DNA of 64,000 nucleotides from Micavibrio sp. (GTDB lineage Bacteria; Pseudomonadota; Alphaproteobacteria; UBA9219): NCBI GenBank assembly GCA_020718105.1, contig DYDA01000004.1, positions 6,124 to 70,123 of the forward strand, read 5' to 3'. Shown piece by piece: positions 58,163 to 64,000 of this stretch (position 1 is its first letter; each line of letters starts with the position of its first letter). The notes under the pieces were generated by a model. It saw only the letters and a program-made list of their open reading frames with translations, ran no database searches and was not told where the DNA came from. The position numbers and the translations under genes were made by a program.

Positions 58163-59020
58163 ATGATCGATTCAACATCAAATGAGTCCGCGAAAGACTC
58201 CGGTGCGCATCTTCAAGTGATGCTGGCTGCTTTTCGTCAAGTTGGCATGCCCCTTTTGCAGGCGATGGTTGATGTTTCTGGAAGCCTTGACGCAAGTGAA
58301 AGCGGCGCTGAGGCGGAAGATTCCCAAGTGCAACGCATGGGGGATTTGATTGAATGTGCCGTTCTTCTAAGCCGTGAGCTGGCCAAAGAAATGGGCGCTG
58401 ACGAAGAGTCTCTTGCGCCTTCTGTGCGATGGAACTTGGCGGGGTCGGCCAGTCAAATTGTTGCGGCAAACTATCAAGCGACAGGGCAGCTTATGTCGGC
58501 CGAGGCTATAACGCAGCTTGTGCATATCGCCTCGACTCTTCAGGAGAAATTTAAAAACCAAATCCCCGTTGGCGGAGAAACGATCCCTAATACCGTCGCG
58601 ACTTTTCGCGCTAAAATGATGGAGGGCTTTGTTCCCGTGATTGGGGCTGTTGCCCAATATGCCTTTGGCCGCGCCGAACATGATTTGCTGGCCGAGATTT
58701 CAGAAAGGCTGGTTAAAACGGCAGAGCAGGTCACGCGAACACTCGCCGCCGCCGGCTCTTCTCCTGAACAATGGCGTCTTTTGTGTTGGACTGTTTTGCG
58801 GGCAGCGGGACAGATTTATACGGAAAGCCACTATGCTGAGGCGGATCGTTTGAACGCCATGGCTCCCGATGAGCAAGCCGCTTACTTTGCGCAGCACGGG
58901 GCAACCATTCCGATGACGCAAGTTTGGCAAGCCTTTAATCAGCGCATGGCGATGCTTGCGACCTTGTCCACCTATTTAGAGGTCCCCCCATCAGCGCATT
59001 TGGAAGAGCAGGGGTGGTGA
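58163..59020 (+). CDS. hypothetical acidic cytoplasmic protein
   Basis: 285 aa, no signal peptide, helical. Immediately upstream of, and coupled to, the transglycosylase gene. Confidence 0.3.
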   Translation: MIDSTSNESAKDSGAHLQVMLAAFRQVGMPLLQAMVDVSGSLDASESGAEAEDSQVQRMGDLIECAVLLSRELAKEMGADEESLAPSVRWNLAGSASQIVAANYQATGQLMSAEAITQLVHIASTLQEKFKNQIPVGGETIPNTVATFRAKMMEGFVPVIGAVAQYAFGRAEHDLLAEISERLVKTAEQVTRTLAAAGSSPEQWRLLCWTVLRAAGQIYTESHYAEADRLNAMAPDEQAAYFAQHGATIPMTQVWQAFNQRMAMLATLSTYLEVPPSAHLEEQGW

Positions 59021-59021
59021 G

Positions 59022-59477
59022 ATGATTACCGCCCAAGCCCTCGCCGCTTGTATGATGTTGGCCTCTCAGACGTATCAGGTTCCGCCTGCTGTGATGGTTG
59101 GCATTATGCATGTTGAAGGTGGGCGCGTTGGACAGCAAGTGGGGCCTAATGTTAATGGCACATATGATCTTGGCCCGATGCAGGTTAACACAATGTGGCT
59201 TCCCCAATTGGCGCGAGCTTGGGGGGTTGATAAAAAGGTTGCTCACCGGCTTCTTCGTGATGATGGCTGCGTTAATGTTCGCGTTGCCGCGTGGATTCTT
59301 GGTCAAAAAATAAAAGAGGCAGGCTCTCTTTATGGGGGTATTGCCTATTATCATTCAGCGACACCCGGCATTGGCCCCCGTTATGCTTCTAAGGTTATTG
59401 CGGTAATGGAGCGCAAGGGGCTGATCAAACGGGGCTATGCAAAAACGAAGAATCAGGCTTATTATGCACAGCGCTGA
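59022..59477 (+). CDS. lytic transglycosylase (SLT-domain, VirB1/TrbN-like)
   Basis: 151 aa, N-terminal signal-like segment. Motifs MHVEGGR (catalytic Glu region) and GPMQVN...GIAYYHS are typical of small conjugation-associated SLT proteins. Confidence 0.5.
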   Translation: MITAQALAACMMLASQTYQVPPAVMVGIMHVEGGRVGQQVGPNVNGTYDLGPMQVNTMWLPQLARAWGVDKKVAHRLLRDDGCVNVRVAAWILGQKIKEAGSLYGGIAYYHSATPGIGPRYASKVIAVMERKGLIKRGYAKTKNQAYYAQR

Positions 59478-59537
59478 TTCTTTTTGATTCCCTTCACGCG
59501 AATCTTGCCCCATCTATATAAGAGGAGCCCAAAGCCG

Positions 59538-60539
59538 ATGACTAAAGCCCGTTTTTTTAAAATAATGGTTGGCGGTGTTGCCCTTTTGATTGGTGGCTCG
59601 ACCCTTTGTTTTGCGCAAGCGCCTTCTGGTATAACCGGACTGCAGGGGGAGGGGGCGTCTCTTTTTAATGCGAATGTACGTCCGCCCGATACTGGGACAA
59701 TTCCTGTTTTGGCAAACCTTGTGAAGGGCGGTGGGAAGCTTTATTTTATTGGCGAACGTTCTGGTATGCCCGGCTGGTTTATTATTAAGGACGGACAGGT
59801 GCAGATCATCTATCTGTCGCCAGATCGTCAGACGGCGTTAATCGGCGGCATGTTTTCGGTGCAAGGGGAGAATGTTACGACCCCCCAAATCAGTGCGTTG
59901 GTTGAAAAGAATGCTGAAGTGAAGGCTCTGCTATCAGGAACGGCGCAGCAGCAACGAGAAGTTTATAACGCGGGCGCGCAGGATGGCGCTGGCTCTGTTC
60001 CTGCGGGAGAACAAAGCGTTGAGACAGCCTCTAAGCGTGGGGCGAGCATCAACGGACTGCCTTCTGCCTCGCTGTCTCCTGGAGAGAGGCTTATGCAGGA
60101 CCTTAAGGCTGCGGCGGGCGTGACGATGGGGCAGAATGAATCGGCTGAATTGATCATGGTTGCGGCGCCGGGATGCCCTAACTGTAAGAAAACGTGGCTG
60201 GAATTGCGTGATTCCGTTCGGGACAATAAGATTCAGATGCGGTTGATCCCTGTTTATAACAGCACGGGCGGGGATGAACTTCGTGTGGCCGCCCAGTTGC
60301 TTAAAACGGCAAACCCTCTGGATGCGTGGAATCGTTATGTCGATGGCGATACAGCTGCTTTGGCCGGAGAACCTGACGATATGGCGCGTCGCGCCGTGGT
60401 CTCAAACCTTAATCTTGTCGCGAAGTGGAACATTCAAGGTTACCCCTATTTGGTGTATCGCGGTAAGGATGGGCGGATCAAGATTGTACAAGGAAAGCCA
60501 GAACGCATGGCTGCGGTTTTGACGGACTTAAGCCGTTAA
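59538..60539 (+). CDS. TrbB/DsbC-like periplasmic thiol:disulfide isomerase
   Basis: Signal peptide. Thioredoxin-fold CxxC active site APGCPNCKKTW with a downstream cis-Pro region. Start at ATG 59538 with AGAGGAG RBS. Confidence 0.55.
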   Translation: MTKARFFKIMVGGVALLIGGSTLCFAQAPSGITGLQGEGASLFNANVRPPDTGTIPVLANLVKGGGKLYFIGERSGMPGWFIIKDGQVQIIYLSPDRQTALIGGMFSVQGENVTTPQISALVEKNAEVKALLSGTAQQQREVYNAGAQDGAGSVPAGEQSVETASKRGASINGLPSASLSPGERLMQDLKAAAGVTMGQNESAELIMVAAPGCPNCKKTWLELRDSVRDNKIQMRLIPVYNSTGGDELRVAAQLLKTANPLDAWNRYVDGDTAALAGEPDDMARRAVVSNLNLVAKWNIQGYPYLVYRGKDGRIKIVQGKPERMAAVLTDLSR

Positions 60540-60552
60540 TGGAGCGCTTTAT

Positions 60553-60837
60553 ATGGGCTTTTTAAGCAAACAGCCCCCCTCTTCTAGGGGGAAGGCACAG
60601 CTTCCTTCCCTTGACGTAAGGGGGCGTGGAGGGCTTCAAGCCTTTCTTTCCCTCCCAAAGGGGAAGGATGAGAAAATCCCTAATGCGGCGTTGGTGTATG
60701 GCGTTTCTTCTGCCGCCTTGTTGTCTTTTTCCCTTTATCATTTGTTTACCGGCTTGTGGTTTACTGCCCTCTTGTTGTTCATGGTGGCGTTGATTGTTTT
60801 TGGGTTTTCCCTCTATTTTCTGCGCTATTCAGGATAA
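60553..60837 (+). CDS. small membrane protein, hypothetical
   Basis: 94 aa. Basic N-terminus and C-terminal TM hairpin (LLSFSLYHLFTGLWFTALLLFMVALIVFGF). Confidence 0.25.
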   Translation: MGFLSKQPPSSRGKAQLPSLDVRGRGGLQAFLSLPKGKDEKIPNAALVYGVSSAALLSFSLYHLFTGLWFTALLLFMVALIVFGFSLYFLRYSG

Positions 60838-60940
60838 GTGATTCGCGGATGATTATAGAAAAAAAGCAGGATGGCCTGATTTCTATAAGAACGAAAGACG
60901 GATACTTTCCTGAGAGAATGGTTTTGGTGTTATCTTTATA

Positions 60941-61450
60941 ATGGTGGACGTAATGACAATGATAAAAACCATGCCAACGATGGCCTTGCTGGGGGCTGGG
61001 CTTCTTGTTGCGGGGTGTGTGACGACAACAAGCGTGACCCCTGTTGCAACAGAACCTGATGTTGTTAGCGTGCGCTTAGCTCAGGCGGCAGAAAAGGCTT
61101 CAAACGCACTGGATACGCTTTCTGGCATTGAACAATATCGCGAGCCGCAGCTTCCTGCGCCGGCGGACTATTCTTCTGCGCCACCCGCGTTGACTCAGCT
61201 GATTTCGATCCAATGGTCTGGACCTATCGATCAAATTCTACAAACCCTAGCGACGCGGGCCGGGATGCGTTATAAGATCATTGGAAGCGCATCGGGCATT
61301 CCCCTCCTTGTCAATCTTGACGTTTACCAAAAGCCGTTGATTGAGGTTCTTCATGATCTTGGTCTTCAGGCTGGGCGTCGGGCCGATGTTTCGGTTGACA
61401 ACATCAATAACTCGATAGAGATCCGTTATGCACCTGTTGACAGAATCTGA
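60941..61450 (+). CDS. DotD-like outer-membrane lipoprotein
   Basis: 169 aa (Legionella DotD is 163 aa). Classic lipobox LLVAGC. First of three coupled genes in dotD-dotC-dotB order. Confidence 0.5.
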   Translation: MVDVMTMIKTMPTMALLGAGLLVAGCVTTTSVTPVATEPDVVSVRLAQAAEKASNALDTLSGIEQYREPQLPAPADYSSAPPALTQLISIQWSGPIDQILQTLATRAGMRYKIIGSASGIPLLVNLDVYQKPLIEVLHDLGLQAGRRADVSVDNINNSIEIRYAPVDRI

Positions 61451-62300
61451 TTCCTCTAAGAGTGGGCGGTTTTTTCTAGCTCCGCTTTTCATCGCGCTCG
61501 TCTTTGCGTTGGGCGTTTCTGGGGCGTGCGCGCAACAGCTCGTGACGCCAGAGGCTTCGCCCCCCCCACCTGTTCTGAAAGATTTACAGGAACAAAGTGG
61601 TGGTGAAGATTCTGGAAAAACGGATGTGATGGGTCTGCAAATAAGAAACGATGCCTTGCGTGAGGCTGCGCTTTCTTATGGCGCACGTGGTGGGTTGGCT
61701 TATCGCACGTTTGAAATTCAAAGACGTCTTGTTGAACACGAAGTGAGCCTCTCAAAGATTTTTAATTTCACGAGACTATTAATTAGCGCGCCTTCCGGTC
61801 TCCTTATTGAGCCTCCCATTGTCAGCGAAGCGCAGCGCGCCGTTCTCGTTAATGGGGGTGGTCAGGAGGCGGCTGTTTCGGATCGCGTTTTGCGAATTAA
61901 TAAGGCAGCTCGCATTGTGACGGCTCCGCGTAATTGGCGGTTGTATTTAGAGCGTGATTGGGGAGCCGTTGATGCCCCTCCAGGGCTTTTGCTGCCGCGT
62001 AGTGATGATGAGCGTGCTCAATGGAAGGCCTTGGTGCAAGAGGGATGGAATGCGGGTGTTGCGCAAGCCGAAGAGACGTTTGAGTCCGACCTTGATCGCA
62101 TGACGAATGATTATGTAGGGATGGTTCATTATCGCACATTGTTGGTGCAAGGGATGATTTCCCCACCCTATGCGATGCACGAAGACCGTGGCGTAACAGG
62201 TGGCGGTTCGGAAATGAGGGTGGGTGATCGTGGTGTTTCGATCACAGGGCCTTCTGTTCTCATTCCTCGGAGCGACAAGTGGACAACGGCTCCCCGCTAA
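61428..62300 (+). CDS. DotC-like lipoprotein
   Basis: 290 aa (DotC is ~303 aa). Signal peptide with Cys (GVSGAC). Overlaps the DotD-like stop and the DotB-like start. Confidence 0.5.
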   Translation: MHLLTESDSSKSGRFFLAPLFIALVFALGVSGACAQQLVTPEASPPPPVLKDLQEQSGGEDSGKTDVMGLQIRNDALREAALSYGARGGLAYRTFEIQRRLVEHEVSLSKIFNFTRLLISAPSGLLIEPPIVSEAQRAVLVNGGGQEAAVSDRVLRINKAARIVTAPRNWRLYLERDWGAVDAPPGLLLPRSDDERAQWKALVQEGWNAGVAQAEETFESDLDRMTNDYVGMVHYRTLLVQGMISPPYAMHEDRGVTGGGSEMRVGDRGVSITGPSVLIPRSDKWTTAPR

Positions 62301-63538
62301 ATCTCAGTGCGGAAGATTTTCAGGTTCGACTCGCGGCGGGTTGGACGAATGAACCTTTGCGCATTCAAGAAGAGCATGTTGATGATCTTTTGTTGTGGTG
62401 TGTTCACAGCCGCGCCACCGATGTCAGCATTCAAACGGATCGGCCCATCGTTATCGAAGTGGATGGGATATTGTATCCCGTAACCCAACGCGCCTTGGAT
62501 TCGGCGGATATGGCCAATATCCTTATGCGTATTTATGGGCCTGAAGCCTTGGCCAAGTTGGCCTCTGGTGTTGATTTGGATCTGTCTTATGAAGTTCGGC
62601 CTGAACGCTTAACGCGTTATCGCTTTCGTACCAACATCACGGCCATTTTAAGTCGTGGGCGTGATTCGGTTCAAATCACCTTGCGCAGTTTGCCCGGCTT
62701 GCCGCCCAGCATGGTTGATTTAGGGATAGAAGAGCCCATCATGCGGAACTGGTCACCGCGTCAGGGGCTCATTTTGGTCACGGGGCCCACGGGAAGTGGC
62801 AAAACGACCCTTTTGGCATCGGGTTGCCGTATGCTGATTGAGCGAGAGCAAGGCTCTGGCAAGCTTTTGACTTACGAAGCTCCTATTGAATATGTTTATG
62901 ATTCCATCACGGGGCCTCGTTCTCTTGTGGCGCAATCTGAAGTGCCGCGCCATATTCCTTCCTTTGCGGCGGGGGTTCGTAATGCTTTGCGGCGCAAGCC
63001 CAATATCATTCTGGTTGGCGAAGCGCGCGATAGAGAAACGATGTCTGCGGCTATTGAGGCGGGGCAAACGGGTCATTTGGTTTTCTCAACGGTTCACACC
63101 GTAGGTGTTGCCGCAACGGTAAGACGTATTGTCAGCGTTTTTGAGCCCGCAGAGCGAAGTGAACGTGCTTTTGCGCTCATGGAAACGTTGCGTATGGTTG
63201 TGACTCAAGCGTTGGTTCCCAAGGTTGGGGGTGGACGCATTGGCTTAAGAGAATATCTGGTTTTTGACGATAACATTCGCGAGCAACTGTTGGACATGCC
63301 CATCGATAAATGGACGTTGGAAACCCAGCGGTTTCTTGTTCGTTATGGGCAAACGATGCAGCAATCCGCCAACAGAGCGTTTAAGCAAGGCCTTATTGAT
63401 CGCAGAACGTATCTGGTTTTGACAAAAGGTTATACGATTGATGAAAAAGATTATGATCCTTCTTTTGTGGATCCGACAGAAAAGGAACCCGATCATGAGG
63501 TTGACCCTACGCTCGATGATGATACCACGATGATTTAA
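62279..63538 (+). CDS. DotB-like (PilT/VirB11-family) secretion ATPase
   Basis: Walker A LVTGPTGSGKTT and Walker B ILVGEARD. His-box region (HLVFSTVHT). GTG start overlapping the DotC-like gene. Confidence 0.7.
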   Translation: MDNGSPLNLSAEDFQVRLAAGWTNEPLRIQEEHVDDLLLWCVHSRATDVSIQTDRPIVIEVDGILYPVTQRALDSADMANILMRIYGPEALAKLASGVDLDLSYEVRPERLTRYRFRTNITAILSRGRDSVQITLRSLPGLPPSMVDLGIEEPIMRNWSPRQGLILVTGPTGSGKTTLLASGCRMLIEREQGSGKLLTYEAPIEYVYDSITGPRSLVAQSEVPRHIPSFAAGVRNALRRKPNIILVGEARDRETMSAAIEAGQTGHLVFSTVHTVGVAATVRRIVSVFEPAERSERAFALMETLRMVVTQALVPKVGGGRIGLREYLVFDDNIREQLLDMPIDKWTLETQRFLVRYGQTMQQSANRAFKQGLIDRRTYLVLTKGYTIDEKDYDPSFVDPTEKEPDHEVDPTLDDDTTMI

Positions 63539-63577
63539 AAAAGGGGGGGCTGCTCTTGCCCCTCAAGGGAGAAAAGA

Positions 63578-63844
63578 ATGGATATTCATTGGAGAAACAC
63601 ACAGAAGCCCGTTCGCTTTCTTTTTCTTGATGCGCGCGCGTTTTTTGGCATTATTCTTTTTCTCGTTCATGCCAGAACGTGGGTGTTTGTTCTTGTTTGT
63701 TTCTATATTTTTATGTTTTGGATGTTTGAAAAACGAGGGTTGTCTTTTGAAGCGGCTTTGCGAGCGATTCGTTGTTGGTTGTTGGGGCGTCGTCGCCCCG
63801 CCAATAGTCGTCGTGCGATTCGTCATATGGTCGATTTTTCGTGA
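63578..63844 (+). CDS. IcmT/TraK-like small inner-membrane protein (tentative)
   Basis: 88 aa (IcmT is 86 aa). N-terminal motif HWRNTQKPVRFLFLDARAFF resembles the HWR...R.F..DAR motif remembered for IcmT/TraK. Two TM helices. GGGAGAAAAG RBS. Confidence 0.4.
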   Translation: MDIHWRNTQKPVRFLFLDARAFFGIILFLVHARTWVFVLVCFYIFMFWMFEKRGLSFEAALRAIRCWLLGRRRPANSRRAIRHMVDFS

Positions 63845-64000
63845 TCGCACTGATGTAGTCGATCGTTTCGTGTTAAAAATGAGATTTGTCTAGATTCTTT
63901 TTTATGGTTCAAATAACGCATAACCGAATCATTTTGTTGAAGGAATTGATGCTGCGTTGCCTTGTCACAGAGATCAAAAGGCTCAATCGTTTTTATTTTT

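Overview
High-GC alphaproteobacterial chromosomal window. The lineage is indicated by an alpha-type LexA box (GAAC-N7-GAAC) in front of lexA, AddAB rather than RecBCD, a GcrA-like regulator, the conserved HK-tsaE-aph-NT-addB-addA block, lexA-comEC-gltX synteny, and flgE-flgK-flgL. Three gene clusters are interleaved with these housekeeping genes. Together they look like a Dot/Icm-type (type IVB, IncI-like) secretion system. (i) About 13.5-21.0 kb: an IcmB/DotO-like ATPase, a DotM-like protein and a DotL/IcmO-like coupling ATPase. (ii) About 36.4-44.5 kb: two DotI/DotJ paralogs, then DotH-, DotG-, DotF-, DotE-, DotP- and DotN-like genes, in the same order as Legionella icmL-K-E-G-C-D-J. (iii) About 58-64 kb: a lytic transglycosylase, a TrbB/DsbC-like thioredoxin, DotD-, DotC- and DotB-like genes and an IcmT-like small membrane protein. 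Cluster (iii) is preceded by an 8.5 kb array of six paralogous cysteine-rich secreted proteins in two families. No relaxase, integrase, tRNA, rRNA or CRISPR array was recognised. The window also carries several MITE/REP-like palindromic elements. Two of them sit in frame inside coding genes (the nucleotidyltransferase and addA). Other genes present are groES-groEL (GroES has a Cys-rich C-terminal tail), trmL, an O-antigen-ligase-like protein, a GT4 glycosyltransferase and a MaoC-Pta fusion with acetate kinase. All T4BSS calls rest on protein size, motifs, topology and gene order read by eye and need HMM/BLAST confirmation.
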